Shown: positions 53,462 to 64,000, numbered from the stretch's first letter. The stretch is DNA of 64,000 nucleotides from Methylomonas sp. EFPC3 (GCF_029643245.1 NZ_CP116398.1:3528372-3592371), one strand, 5' to 3'. The notes: generated from the letters alone by a model not told the origin. Program-made: numbers and translations.

Positions 53462-53577
53462 CCGGCGGCGTTTTCTGCGGCGGATTGCGGTTTTTGCGTT
53501 TCCTCACCTCCTGTTTTCGGCTGCTAGTGCGTCAAAAGCAGTATCAGTCATCCGATAACAACCTTAGAGGGAAATGC

Positions 53578-56010
53578 ATGATCGTTAGAACCACGAAGAG
53601 ATGCGCCGGCCGCGGATTGAAAAACCAGGTTGCGGCTTGGGCGCTGGGGGTTGGCCTTGCGGCTTCGCTGGCCCACGCCGACAGTGCCGCCCGGCCGTTC
53701 GACATACCGGCAGGCGCCTTGGCAACGGCCTTGAACCGGCTGGCCGAAAGCGCCGGCCTGCAACTGGTTTATGATGCCTCGATCGCCGCAGGCCTGAGCA
53801 GCCGGCCGCTACGCGGCAGTTACACACCGGAAGCGGCGCTGCAGCTCTTGCTGCGAGATAGTGGGTTGAGTTACCGCATTGCCGAAAACGGCAACGTGGT
53901 GATCGAAAAACAGGCTTTGAATTACCGGCCGGACCCGGCCGCATTGCCGGCGGTCAACGTGGTCGGTAACAGAGCTTACGATCCGAACAATCCGTTCAAC
54001 CAGCTATATGCGGTGCCGAACGCGTCCACCGCGACCAAGACCAATATTGCTGTCATGGATACGCCGGTGTCGATTCAAGTCGTGCCTCGTTCCATATTGA
54101 ACGACCAGCAGGCGGTCCGGTTCGAGGATGCCGTGATCAATAACGTCAGCGGCGTGCAACGCGCCTACGGTACCGCCGATATGTACGAAAGCTTTATCGT
54201 CCGCGGTTTCGACTCCGGCGAACAAAACTACCGGAACGGCTTTCGGCGCTCGATGGGTAAATTCGACGTATCGAACATGGAGCAAATCGAAGTGCTGAAA
54301 GGTCCGGCGGCGGTGCTGTACGGCCGCTTGCAGCCCGGCGGCATGGTTAATTACGTGACCAAAAAGCCGTTAGCCACGCCGTATTACGCGCTGCAGCAGC
54401 AATTCGGCTCGTTCAGTGAATTCCGGACCACCGTCGATGCCACCGGGCCGCTGGATAGTGCAAAAACCCTGCTCTACCGCTTTAACGGCGCCTACGATAG
54501 TGGCGAGTCGTTTCGCGACATCGTCGATCACGAACGCATATTCATCGCCCCTTCGCTGACTTGGCGGCCGAACGACCGCTTCGAGGCCAACCTGGATATC
54601 GAAAAGCGTCACGACAACTATATGGACGATTACGGCGTGCCGGTGCTGGACAACAGGCCGGTGGTGGGCCGGCGCAATTTGTTCACCGGCGATCCGGCGT
54701 TTCGGCCGCGCCAGGACAATACCCTGGTTTACGCCGACTGGAGCTTCAAATTCAACGACGATTGGGCGATCAAGCATAAATTCCAGTGGGACGAAACCGA
54801 TATCGTCTTCGGCGGGCCGGGACCGAATGGCAAGCTGAATGCGGACGGCCGCACCTTGGGGCGCTGGGTCATTACCGGGACCTCCGAGCGGCGCTCGTAT
54901 TCGACCAGTCTGGATTTGACCGGCAAATTCGAGACCTACGGCCTGAAACACAATGTGTTGGTCGGCGGCGACTGGTTTTTCTTCAATCAGGACGCACCGG
55001 ACAATATGTTCGCGTCCAGCGATTGGGGCGATCCGATCAATTCGACCTTCGATATCGACAACCCGCGCTATGACACGATCGATGTCGCCGCAGTCAACGC
55101 AATCCGGCCCAACTGGTTCTGGCGCGAGCGCGACGATTGGTACGGCGTCTATTTTCAGGATCAGATCACGCTCTGGGATAAATTGCACATCATGGGCGGC
55201 GGCCGCTACGACATGGCCGGTTACGGCGGCTTCGGCGGCACGTCCTGGGAAGCCACCAAGGACGGCTTCAGCATGCGCCACGAGGACAAATTCACGCCGC
55301 GGGTCGGCATCCTCTACCAGCCGTGGGACTGGTTGTCGGTCTACGGCAATTACGTCGAATCTTTCGGCAGCAACAACGGTCGCAATGGCTTGACCGGCGG
55401 TAGCTTTCAGCCGCAATCGGCCGAGCAGTACGAAATCGGCTTCAAGACCGAGCTGTTCGATAAACGCTTGTCGTCCACCGTGGCTTACTACCACCTGAAA
55501 AAAACCAATATGCTGACCGCCGACCTCAGCACGCCCGATCCATTGGACCAGGTGGCGATCGGCGAAGCGCGCAGCCAGGGCATCGAGGTCGATATCAAAG
55601 GCCAACTCAGCGATAACTTCAGTCTGGTCACGACCTATGCCTATACCGACGGCCGGGTTACCAAAGACAACAACGGCACGGAAGGCAATCGTCTGTTGAA
55701 CGTGCCAGAGCATCAAGCCAGCCTGTGGGGAAGCTACCAATTTACCGAGCATTTCAAGGCCGGCCTGGGCGGGGTAGTGGTCGGCAAACGCGAGGGCGAC
55801 ACCGCCAATAGCTTTCAGTTGCCCGGTTACACCCGGCTGGACGCGATGGCGGCTTATGTGCAGCCGATCGGTAAAACCCGCCTGACCGCACAAGTCAATG
55901 TCTATAACTTGCTGGACAAGGAATATTTCACCGGCTCGACCTCATGGATACCGACGGCCAACGTCGGCGCGCCGATTTCGGCGATGGGCTCATTGAAGCT
56001 GGAATACTAA
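53578..56010 (+). CDS. TonB-dependent siderophore receptor with N-terminal signalling (STN) extension (FecA-like)
   Basis: Signal peptide, STN domain, TonB box, plug, and barrel ending in a terminal aromatic residue. ATG chosen at 53578; the track extends to a TTG at 53485. Confidence 0.85.
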   Translation: MIVRTTKRCAGRGLKNQVAAWALGVGLAASLAHADSAARPFDIPAGALATALNRLAESAGLQLVYDASIAAGLSSRPLRGSYTPEAALQLLLRDSGLSYRIAENGNVVIEKQALNYRPDPAALPAVNVVGNRAYDPNNPFNQLYAVPNASTATKTNIAVMDTPVSIQVVPRSILNDQQAVRFEDAVINNVSGVQRAYGTADMYESFIVRGFDSGEQNYRNGFRRSMGKFDVSNMEQIEVLKGPAAVLYGRLQPGGMVNYVTKKPLATPYYALQQQFGSFSEFRTTVDATGPLDSAKTLLYRFNGAYDSGESFRDIVDHERIFIAPSLTWRPNDRFEANLDIEKRHDNYMDDYGVPVLDNRPVVGRRNLFTGDPAFRPRQDNTLVYADWSFKFNDDWAIKHKFQWDETDIVFGGPGPNGKLNADGRTLGRWVITGTSERRSYSTSLDLTGKFETYGLKHNVLVGGDWFFFNQDAPDNMFASSDWGDPINSTFDIDNPRYDTIDVAAVNAIRPNWFWRERDDWYGVYFQDQITLWDKLHIMGGGRYDMAGYGGFGGTSWEATKDGFSMRHEDKFTPRVGILYQPWDWLSVYGNYVESFGSNNGRNGLTGGSFQPQSAEQYEIGFKTELFDKRLSSTVAYYHLKKTNMLTADLSTPDPLDQVAIGEARSQGIEVDIKGQLSDNFSLVTTYAYTDGRVTKDNNGTEGNRLLNVPEHQASLWGSYQFTEHFKAGLGGVVVGKREGDTANSFQLPGYTRLDAMAAYVQPIGKTRLTAQVNVYNLLDKEYFTGSTSWIPTANVGAPISAMGSLKLEY

Positions 56011-56634
56011 GTCGTTCCCAGCCTTCCTCATTGCCGTTTCCGTAGTGGCGGGGGCGGCACTTTTTTCCGCGCCACGGCTGTAAGCCTGCAACACGCCGGC
56101 GCAAGGCCTGACGCTGCTTAGCGGGCTGACAATGGGATTGGACCGCGGAGGTGTTTTTCGGTGCGGTTTGCACCAGAGTGAAAACCAAATTTGGCTCGGC
56201 TTGGGGCCGAATGAATCAGAAAAGAGACCATCCTTGCCTGGATAGAAGTGTTTCGTCCACGCTTCTATCCAGGTATTCCCTGGCGTCGTTGTTTTCCATG
56301 TTCACGGGGGAGAGAACTTAACATCCTTGATGCCGCAATTTATATAACACTATTCGTGCCAATTTTGTTTGTGCTTGATTTTCTGTGTGGCCGGCGGATC
56401 GGAAGCGCGTAAATCAATCTAATCTATGTTAAATGCCGTAAATAACGCCAAAATTCAGGCGATTTGCCACACTTCTCTGCGCTCGGTCTGCTTGGTCGCA
56501 CCCTAGCGGCTGCGGATCGCCGCAACGGCGATCGAATTTGTTGCACTTTTTTGGTGCCGGTGCGCTGTTTCGGATTGTCGGAAGGGAAAGCGGCTGTGCG
56601 CTATGCCGACCGGGATTCGCTATGCCACTGAATC

Positions 56635-57417
56635 GTGGATAATAACCAGCCTGTTGATTATCTGGCATCGCTTGTGAACCACTTTCGTCATCCGGCACGC
56701 TATCGCTTTCCGTCTCCTCGCCGGTCCAAGCCGACTCTCAGTTGGCCCAGGCGCTTGAAACGTCTGGCAAGTGTCGCAGTGTGGTGCTTTTTGGCCAGTT
56801 CCCTGTTGCTGGTCGCGGCGCTAAGGGTTTTGCCGGCGCCGACTTCGGCCTTCATGCTGCACCAGCATATCGACGATCTGGCCGAAGGCAGGGCTTACCG
56901 GCCGATCAATCAGAATTGGGTCGGCCGCGAGCGGATTTCGGCGCATGCCTTTCATGCGGTGATCGCCTCTGAGGACCAGTTGTTCTACCAGCATAACGGC
57001 TTCGACGTCGATGCGATCGGCAAAGCCTTTCAGCAATATTTACGGGGCGGCAAATTGCGCGGCGCCAGCACGATTAGCCAGCAAGTGGCGAAAAACCTGT
57101 TTCTGAGCCCAGCGAAACACTTCGTGCGCAAGGGCTTGGAGATCTGGTTTACCGTACTGATAGAGGCGCTGTGGGACAAACAGCGGATTTTGGAGGTGTA
57201 TCTGAACATCGCCGAATTCGGCGATCACCTGTTCGGTATCGAGGCCGCCAGCCGGCATTACTTCGGTATTCCGGCCCGGCAGTTGTCGGCGGCGCAAGCG
57301 GCATTGCTTGCTGCCACGCTGCCGAATCCGATCTTGCTCAAGGCCGACCAACCCAGCGCTTATGTGCTGAAACGGCAGAGCTGGATTCTCGGCCAGATGC
57401 GAAACTTGACCGACTGA
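56635..57417 (+). CDS. mtgA: Monofunctional biosynthetic peptidoglycan transglycosylase
   Basis: GT51 motifs EDQLFYQHNGFD and RQ..LL. The true start may lie downstream of 56635. Confidence 0.75.
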   Translation: MDNNQPVDYLASLVNHFRHPARYRFPSPRRSKPTLSWPRRLKRLASVAVWCFLASSLLLVAALRVLPAPTSAFMLHQHIDDLAEGRAYRPINQNWVGRERISAHAFHAVIASEDQLFYQHNGFDVDAIGKAFQQYLRGGKLRGASTISQQVAKNLFLSPAKHFVRKGLEIWFTVLIEALWDKQRILEVYLNIAEFGDHLFGIEAASRHYFGIPARQLSAAQAALLAATLPNPILLKADQPSAYVLKRQSWILGQMRNLTD

Positions 57418-57429
57418 GAGATCGCTGGA

Positions 57430-58092
57430 TCAGTCCGAATCGTCTTCCGGCTCTGCCGCGTCGGCTGCGGTGGAATGGCCGGTGTCGCTGATTAATTGTT
57501 TCAGGTATTTGTAGAGCAGGCGCGCCGACTTCGGCGGTTTGGCGTCCTTGGCTTCTTTCAGCGCGTTGCGTTGCAGTTGGCGCAGATGCTGGGTATCGGC
57601 CTCCGGAAATTCGGACACTAACTGCGTCAACGCGGCGTTGCCGGCTTCGCTCAACAGTTGGTCGCGCCAGCGCTCGGCCTGATGGTGTTCGCGCACACCG
57701 TGGGCGCTGCGGTTTTTCAAGCGCGCCAGCTTTTCCCGGATCGCGTCGACATCCAATTCGCGCATCTGACCGGTGATGTACTTTAACAGGCGCTTTTTCG
57801 CCGCATTGCGGCCCATCTTGCCGGCGTCGCATAGCGCTTTCTCGATGTTCTCCGGCAATTCGAACTCGGCGATGTGGGCCGGTGCCAACGCGCTGATTTC
57901 TTCCGCCATGGCGAAAATCGCCGCAATCTCTTTTTTGATGCGGGTCTTGTTGGGGCGGACCGCGTAATATTCGACTTCGTCCTCTTCCTCGACTTCGTCG
58001 TCGTAGGCAAATTGGGTGCGGTCGTCGTAGCCGTCGTCCTCGAAATCGTCTTCGTCTTCGAATTCTGCGTCGTCGTAATCTTCGTGTTTCAT
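57430..58092 (-). CDS. yjgA: Ribosome-associated protein YjgA/DarP (DUF615) with acidic N-terminal extension
   Basis: 220 aa. Highly acidic first 45 aa, then the DUF615 core. Confidence 0.6.
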   Translation of the reverse strand: MKHEDYDDAEFEDEDDFEDDGYDDRTQFAYDDEVEEEDEVEYYAVRPNKTRIKKEIAAIFAMAEEISALAPAHIAEFELPENIEKALCDAGKMGRNAAKKRLLKYITGQMRELDVDAIREKLARLKNRSAHGVREHHQAERWRDQLLSEAGNAALTQLVSEFPEADTQHLRQLQRNALKEAKDAKPPKSARLLYKYLKQLISDTGHSTAADAAEPEDDSD

Positions 58093-58093
58093 G

Positions 58094-58276
58094 TCAAACC
58101 ATCGATATTAAAAACAGGACGAACATTGCCACCGCAAGTAGCGGCACGATCACCCCCGGCCAATCGGACGGACTGTTTTCGCTGCGCTCTATCGCGGCTT
58201 TGACGCCGGGTCGCATCCAGAACAGGATCAGCAGGGCCAACAGACCCAGCAGCAGATTTTCCCAGGGTGATTCCAT
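58094..58276 (-). CDS. Small two-TM membrane protein
   Basis: 60 aa with two hydrophobic helices. Start is 2 nt before the yjgA stop. Confidence 0.35.
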   Translation of the reverse strand: MESPWENLLLGLLALLILFWMRPGVKAAIERSENSPSDWPGVIVPLLAVAMFVLFLISMV

Positions 58277-58304
58277 AACGTGTTCGCCAGTCGGGTCCTG
58301 CGGC

Positions 58305-58895
<591 letters not shown>

Positions 58896-59264
58896 TCAGG
58901 TTTGAAACGCGTTTTTGATCCAATTGAGGCGGTTATCGCCGGAGATTGCCACGACATCGAAACGGATCGCGCAATGGCTCAGGTTGTTGATTATGACATA
59001 GTGTTGCGTGGCCGCGACGATGCGCGCCTGCTTTTGCGCGGTAATACTGGCCAACGCGCCGCCAAATTGCTCCGATTTACGGTAGCGGACTTCGACGATG
59101 ACCAGCACGGCGCCGTCGCGCATCACCAGATCCAGCTCGCCGTGCTTGCAGCGGAAATTGCTGCAGACCAGTTGCAGGCCTTGTTGTTGCAGGTGGGCGG
59201 CCGCCCTTTGTTCGGCGCCGGCGCCTTTTTGCAGATGGGCCGGTTTGGGTTTGCCGAACAGCAT
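58896..59264 (-). CDS. yraN: YraN-family (UPF0102) endonuclease-like protein
   Basis: 122 aa from MLFGKPK. Confidence 0.7.
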   Translation of the reverse strand: MLFGKPKPAHLQKGAGAEQRAAAHLQQQGLQLVCSNFRCKHGELDLVMRDGAVLVIVEVRYRKSEQFGGALASITAQKQARIVAATQHYVIINNLSHCAIRFDVVAISGDNRLNWIKNAFQT

Positions 59265-61081
59265 TATTCGAGGTAAGCGGCCGCAGCGGGTACTCCGGCC
59301 TTGAATTCGGCGCAGGCCAATTTGCGGGTGATGCGGTTTTCGCCGTTCGACGCTAAACGGCCGGTGGCGCCGGCATAAGATGCGGTGCCCAGCTGGCCTA
59401 ATTGACCCAATACGTTGAAGGCATCGACGCCCAGCGCCACCAGTTTGATCTGGCTGTCGCTCAGGCCTTGCCAGGCGCTTTGCAACGCTTGTTGGCTGAG
59501 CGGTCCGCCGTAGACCTCGCCGAACAGCCAGGGTACATCGCAAAACGTGATTTTGCCCAAATCGGTATCTTTGGCCGGATTGGGGCGGCCGCTGTAGATG
59601 TTGGGCATCGCGTAAACCGCAAGCTCGCTGCTTTGGCTATAGCGCAATTGCGGCGCAATCTCCCGCGCCTGTTCCGGCCCGGCGCTGATGAATACGGCCA
59701 AAGTCTGTTTCGCGCCGGTGGTATTCACGCTCGGCGCCAGCAGGGCTTTGACCACGGCACTGAAGTCGCGCGATTTCGGGTCGTAACTCTGTACCCCAAG
59801 CACGGCGCCACCGGCCGCTTGCCAGGCCGACATCAGATAATGGCGGATACGTTGGCCTTGCGGCGTTTCCGGGGTCAACAGCACGGCGTTCTGCAAACCG
59901 TCGCGGCGAGCTTTCAATACCAACTGTTCGGCGTCGTCGATCGGGCTCAGGCCGAATTGGTAGAGGTTGGCTTTGCTCAGGTTCTCGACATGGTTCAAGG
60001 CCAGTACCGGCACGCTCAGGTCGCCGCTGTCGGCCAGGGTCTGAATCTGCTCCTTCACCAACGGGCCGATCACCTGTTTGGCGCCGTCGGCGACGGCTTG
60101 TTTGTAGAGCGCGACGATGTCGCCGCTGTCGCTGTCGTAATATTTCAAGGCCGGTTGCGGCGCGGCACTGGCCGCCAGGCGATAGGCGGTGGCCAGGCCG
60201 TTTCTGATCGCCTTGCCGGCCGCCGCATACTGGCCGGAATTGGGCAGCAGCACCGCGATCAGCGGGCCGCTGGCCGCAGTCGCCGCCGGTTGCGGCGTTT
60301 GCTGGTCCGGCTCGGGCGCGGCTTCTGCGGCGACGGCCGGCGCGCCGTTCAGATAGGCTTGCAGGTAGTCGGCATTGGCCGGATGGCCGGGAAAGGTTTG
60401 CTTCCATTGCTGGATTTGGCCGGCGCTATCGAAGCCCGGCATATTGCGCTGTTTCAGAATTTTGGCCAGCGCCATCCAGCCGCTCAATTCGTCGGCGACC
60501 GAGGCGGTCGTGCTCAGGGTTTCGCTCGGCAATACGCTGAGGGCGTCGAGAATGGCGATGATGTTCTGCTTTTGCCGGTCGCGGTCGGTCAACAGCCGGC
60601 CCAGCTTCAACCGCATCCGCACGCCGGCCAGCACATCGCCGAGCAAGGACTGGGCAAAAGCCATCGACTGGTAATAGGCGATCTGGTCCGCTTCCGCCAG
60701 CACCGCCGGCCTTACCCCTTCCAATTTGCGCACCGCGGTTTCGGCATCGCCCATGCTCAGCGCAATCTGGCCGTCGATCAGTTTGTATTTACTGGTTTGT
60801 TCCGGATTGAGTTCGGCCGGGTTGACTGCGTCCAGGGCCTGGCGGGCGCCGGCACTGTCGCCGGCTTGCAGGCGGGTATCGGCATCCAGCAATCGCACTC
60901 CGCTGCGGCTGTCTTGCAAGCGGTAGCTGCGCGCGGCCGCGGAGGCTTCCGCCGGTTTCGGCCGTTTGGCGCTGGCCGGCGGCTTGACTTCGAATTGCGG
61001 TTTGCGGGCCGGCGGTTCGCCGGCACAGGCGCTGAGCAGTAGCAGGCCGAAAAAACAGCAGCTCGGCAAGCGACGCGGCAT
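59264..61081 (-). CDS. lpoA: Penicillin-binding protein activator LpoA (lipoprotein)
   Basis: Lipobox LLLSAC. TPR-like N-terminal part and LppC-type periplasmic-binding C-terminal part. Divergent from rsmI. Confidence 0.75.
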   Translation of the reverse strand: MPRRLPSCCFFGLLLLSACAGEPPARKPQFEVKPPASAKRPKPAEASAAARSYRLQDSRSGVRLLDADTRLQAGDSAGARQALDAVNPAELNPEQTSKYKLIDGQIALSMGDAETAVRKLEGVRPAVLAEADQIAYYQSMAFAQSLLGDVLAGVRMRLKLGRLLTDRDRQKQNIIAILDALSVLPSETLSTTASVADELSGWMALAKILKQRNMPGFDSAGQIQQWKQTFPGHPANADYLQAYLNGAPAVAAEAAPEPDQQTPQPAATAASGPLIAVLLPNSGQYAAAGKAIRNGLATAYRLAASAAPQPALKYYDSDSGDIVALYKQAVADGAKQVIGPLVKEQIQTLADSGDLSVPVLALNHVENLSKANLYQFGLSPIDDAEQLVLKARRDGLQNAVLLTPETPQGQRIRHYLMSAWQAAGGAVLGVQSYDPKSRDFSAVVKALLAPSVNTTGAKQTLAVFISAGPEQAREIAPQLRYSQSSELAVYAMPNIYSGRPNPAKDTDLGKITFCDVPWLFGEVYGGPLSQQALQSAWQGLSDSQIKLVALGVDAFNVLGQLGQLGTASYAGATGRLASNGENRITRKLACAEFKAGVPAAAAYLE

Positions 61082-61128
61082 AATGGCGCCCAGTTTAGAT
61101 GCGGACATGAGAGGGCCTGGAAAAACAA

Positions 61129-61980
61129 ATGTACGGAAAATTATACGTGGTTGCCACGCCGATAGGTAATCTGGCCGATTTCAGCTTCCGGGCCTTGGAA
61201 GTATTAAAACAAGTGGATCTGATCGCCGCCGAAGACACCCGGCACGTCAAGATGTTGCTTTCGCATTACGGTGTCAACAAGCCGCTGACCTCCTTGCACC
61301 AACACAACGAGGACAAAGCCTCGCAAGGGCTGGTGGAGCGCATGCAGCAGGGCCAATCTGTCGCGCTGGTTTCCGACGCCGGCACGCCGATCATCAGCGA
61401 TCCGGGGCTGCCGCTGGTCAAACTGGCCCGCCAGCACGGCATCGAGGTTACGCCGATACCCGGCGCCTGCGCTTTGATCGCCGCATTGTCGGTGGCCGGG
61501 TTGCCGACCAGTCGCTTCAGTTTCGAGGGTTTTCTGCCGCGCACCGGCTCGGCCCGACGCGAATTTTTTCGAGACAAGCTGGCCGACGAATCGACCTGGG
61601 CCTTTTACGAGTCCAGCCACCGGATTCAGGCGGCGCTGGAGGACATGTTGAGCGTATTTCCGGCAGACCATCGCATTGTCGTGGCGCGCGAAATTACCAA
61701 ACTGCACGAAACCATCGCCGACGGTAGCTTGAGCGAGGTGTTGGCGCGAGTGCAAGCCGACGAAAACATGCGCAAAGGCGAGTTTGTCGTTGTGGTTGCC
61801 GGCAGCCCGCCGGCGGAAAAATCCGATTTGATCAGCGACGAAGAGCGGCGAATATTGGCGTTGTTGCTGCAGGAATGTTCGATCAAAACTGCTGTGGCGC
61901 TGGCGGTGGAGATCACCGGCCAGCGCAAGAAGCCGCTATATCAGGCGGCATTGGCGATGCAGGGCGAAAGCAGCGACTGA
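61129..61980 (+). CDS. rsmI: 16S rRNA (cytidine1402-2'-O)-methyltransferase
   Basis: 283 aa. LYVVATPIGNLAD tetrapyrrole-methylase fold. Confidence 0.9.
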   Translation: MYGKLYVVATPIGNLADFSFRALEVLKQVDLIAAEDTRHVKMLLSHYGVNKPLTSLHQHNEDKASQGLVERMQQGQSVALVSDAGTPIISDPGLPLVKLARQHGIEVTPIPGACALIAALSVAGLPTSRFSFEGFLPRTGSARREFFRDKLADESTWAFYESSHRIQAALEDMLSVFPADHRIVVAREITKLHETIADGSLSEVLARVQADENMRKGEFVVVVAGSPPAEKSDLISDEERRILALLLQECSIKTAVALAVEITGQRKKPLYQAALAMQGESSD

Positions 61981-62039
61981 GAGCGGCTCAGTTATAGCGA
62001 CCGCTGGAGGCGGGCGATGATCGCTTCTCGGCTAGCGGG

Positions 62040-62594
62040 CTACCACATCAAATCGTCCGGAATCTGATACGCCGCGTAAGGGTCGTCTTCCACGGCAATG
62101 TCGTGGTTGGCGTCATTCAACACCACCACGCTGGCCGCATCGCGTTGCTGGATTTTTCGCGCCACTTCGGCCGGGACGATTTCGTAACGGTTTTCCGTTT
62201 TGGCAATGCCGGCCCGGCCGCTGCTCAAGGCGTCGCGGACTTTTTCGGAAACATACATGGTTTTGACTTTGTTGACGTCGGTAAAGTTATAGGCCACGCC
62301 GTTGGCATCCTGGGCAATGCGGTTCAAATCGACGATTTGCTTGATCTGCGCCACCAACGCTTTCTGTTCTTCCGCCAGCTTGCGTTGCCGGTTCAATTCC
62401 CGGTCGCGTTCGGCCTGTTGCTGGCGCAATTGTTCCGCGCTCAGTTTCACTTCGTCGACAATCTCGACGCCGTTATTGCGTTCCAGTTTGGTTTGCTTGC
62501 GCTTTTCGGCTTTGACCTGCTTTAGTTTGGCGTCGTTGGACAGGCCGGATTTCAACAGTTGTTCTTGCAGCGACAAGGTTTGCGGTTTTTTCAT
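62040..62594 (-). CDS. DUF2058-family protein (YaiL-like)
   Basis: 184 aa from MKKPQTL. Lys/Glu-rich coiled-coil region. Confidence 0.5.
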   Translation of the reverse strand: MKKPQTLSLQEQLLKSGLSNDAKLKQVKAEKRKQTKLERNNGVEIVDEVKLSAEQLRQQQAERDRELNRQRKLAEEQKALVAQIKQIVDLNRIAQDANGVAYNFTDVNKVKTMYVSEKVRDALSSGRAGIAKTENRYEIVPAEVARKIQQRDAASVVVLNDANHDIAVEDDPYAAYQIPDDLMW

Positions 62595-62647
62595 GGCTAA
62601 CGGGCGGAAATGGACTGGAAAAACGCCGGCAGCATAGCACAAAGCGC

Positions 62648-63895
62648 TTATTGGCCCAGCATCTTGCCGGTGGCGTATTGCCACCAATTCAGCGGCTTGG
62701 TCAGCGGCCGATCGCAGCGGTCGTAGCCCTGGTATTCGATGCCGCGGAAAATATCGTCGCGCAGCCAGCGGTAAGCGGCCGGCGCGCTTTGTTGCAGGCG
62801 TTCCGGAATCAACACGTATTGCGCCACCAGTTCCGCCAGCTTTTCCTGGGTGTTGCCGTCGTAACGGCCCTGATTGACTTCACCCAGATATTCGAACGCT
62901 TCGAACCATTTCGACGGCCACAGCGCCAACTGGGCCTCGGCGATGATTTTCATGATCTCGGCGTCGTTGGAAATCTTGTGGTACTTGTAAAAGAAGTAGA
63001 GATCGTCCTCGCCGTTCCAGAAATGAAAATTGTCGATGGTATGGGCGATCTCGTGGACCACGATGGGCAGCCGGAAATCGACCAGGTACTCCACGCCGAT
63101 GTCGCGGTAGCTGCCGCCTTCCTTGCCCTTGTCGAAGGCCTTGACGGTAAACACGATCAGATTCTGGCCGCTGAACACCTGGGCCACGGTCTGCGAGCGA
63201 AAACCGATGCCGGGCACCAGCGTCAACGGATGGGTGTGGTCCTGCCAGATACTGTTTTTGTAATCTTCCTGGAACGCGTCGCGGATCAGTTGCTGCATCG
63301 CCGTGGGCTTGTCGGCGATTTCCTGTTCCAGTTTGTCCACCGGCTTGGCCTTGCTGATGTTTTGCCGCAGAAAGGCCGGAATCTTGCGGATGGCTTTTTC
63401 GAAGATGCGTAAATGGTCGACGGAGAAGCGCTTCACTTCGTAGCGATAGTCGTCGCTGTGCTTGACCACGGTCTTGGTATCGTAAAACAAGGCCAGCGCC
63501 CGCCAGGCGGCTTCGCGGTCGCCCCAGTATTTTTCCAACACGCACAGATCGCCGGCGGCGTTACCGGTGCAGTCTTCGCGGTAATCGGTCAGGTCGTCCA
63601 GGTGGTCCTGGTTTTTATGGTCGGTCAATACTGCGATGGCCTGGCTGCGCAGGCCGGGGTGTTCGGCTTCGTAGAACCGGATGATGTCGGCCAGCGCCGC
63701 GGTTGGGGTGTATTGCTGTTGGCTGGTCGCGCACAACAGGTCGTTGGTTTGCGACAGCGTGAAGAAGCGGTTTTGAAACAACGGCGGCGGCGTTGCGCCG
63801 GCGCCGGCAGCGTAACCGAGAACCAAGCCCAGCCCGCCGCATCGGATTAAAACGGATAAAGCGCTCAACCGCTTATTGGTCCAGGCCCATCGCAT
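62648..63895 (-). CDS. Secreted putative zinc metalloprotease (HExxH)
   Basis: Signal peptide MRWAWTNKRLSALSVL. HEIAH motif (VVHEIAHTID). No confident family assignment. Confidence 0.5.
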   Translation of the reverse strand: MRWAWTNKRLSALSVLIRCGGLGLVLGYAAGAGATPPPLFQNRFFTLSQTNDLLCATSQQQYTPTAALADIIRFYEAEHPGLRSQAIAVLTDHKNQDHLDDLTDYREDCTGNAAGDLCVLEKYWGDREAAWRALALFYDTKTVVKHSDDYRYEVKRFSVDHLRIFEKAIRKIPAFLRQNISKAKPVDKLEQEIADKPTAMQQLIRDAFQEDYKNSIWQDHTHPLTLVPGIGFRSQTVAQVFSGQNLIVFTVKAFDKGKEGGSYRDIGVEYLVDFRLPIVVHEIAHTIDNFHFWNGEDDLYFFYKYHKISNDAEIMKIIAEAQLALWPSKWFEAFEYLGEVNQGRYDGNTQEKLAELVAQYVLIPERLQQSAPAAYRWLRDDIFRGIEYQGYDRCDRPLTKPLNWWQYATGKMLGQ

Positions 63896-64000
63896 CCCAA
63901 AGTTTTTGAATTGCACCTTCGTCCTTGTAGTTGCCTTGCGGCGCACCGTTCGGGTAGTTCAGTTTGAACACGCGTTCGGCGTCGGTGGCCAGTTCCTCCA
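63873..64000 (-). CDS. 3' end of an unidentified gene (partial)
   Basis: Reverse frame ends ...NYPNGAPQGNYKDEGAIQKLWDAMGLDQ*. Overlaps the metalloprotease start by about 20 nt. Confidence 0.3.
   Translation of the reverse strand, partial: EELATDAERVFKLNYPNGAPQGNYKDEGAIQKLWDAMGLDQ

Noticed and set aside
53485-53577. TTG-initiated 31-aa extension on the TonB-dependent receptor, and similar TTG extensions on thiC and the PilT paralog
   Set aside because: Downstream ATGs give canonical signal peptides or N-termini with better SD spacing.

Overview
This 64 kb window is a chromosomal segment of a high-GC (about 60%) gammaproteobacterium, possibly a methanotroph or Pseudomonas-like lineage. Gene order is rplU(partial)/ispB, recD, TPP-riboswitch-thiC, pilBCD-coaE-zapD-yacG, a Nudix/ThiE-like fusion, argJ, then a low-GC insertion carrying a GIY-YIG/DUF4357 nuclease gene bounded by two ~315 bp hairpin-rich inverted repeats. 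Downstream lie an MnmA-like PP-loop thiolase translationally coupled to a TusA-like carrier, a NarL-type two-component pair with a multi-PAS kinase, a third PilT/PilU-family ATPase, lexA with a downstream 49-aa hydrophobic peptide, ftsH, the petABC cytochrome bc1 operon, and hisC. The most striking module is a divergent membrane-stress-like locus: an SPFH-SHOCT protein facing a TPM-like membrane protein that is translationally coupled to a protein carrying two (Tim44-like + zinc-ribbon) units. The remainder comprises pilT-pilU, mltB, a PEP-CTERM-like secreted protein, a dinB operon with DUF4389/DUF2333/YcgL genes, guaB-(zinc-ribbon methyltransferase)-guaA, a penicillin/AHL-acylase-family gene, a GspG-like pseudopilin coupled to a GGDEF-EAL sensor, a TssJ-like orphan lipoprotein, a FecI/FecR/TonB-receptor iron module, mtgA, yjgA, the diaA-yraN-lpoA/rsmI cluster, a DUF2058 gene and a secreted HExxH metalloprotease. 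No rRNA, tRNA or CRISPR was seen. Gene calls come from the ORF track plus motif recognition from memory; no database search was run.
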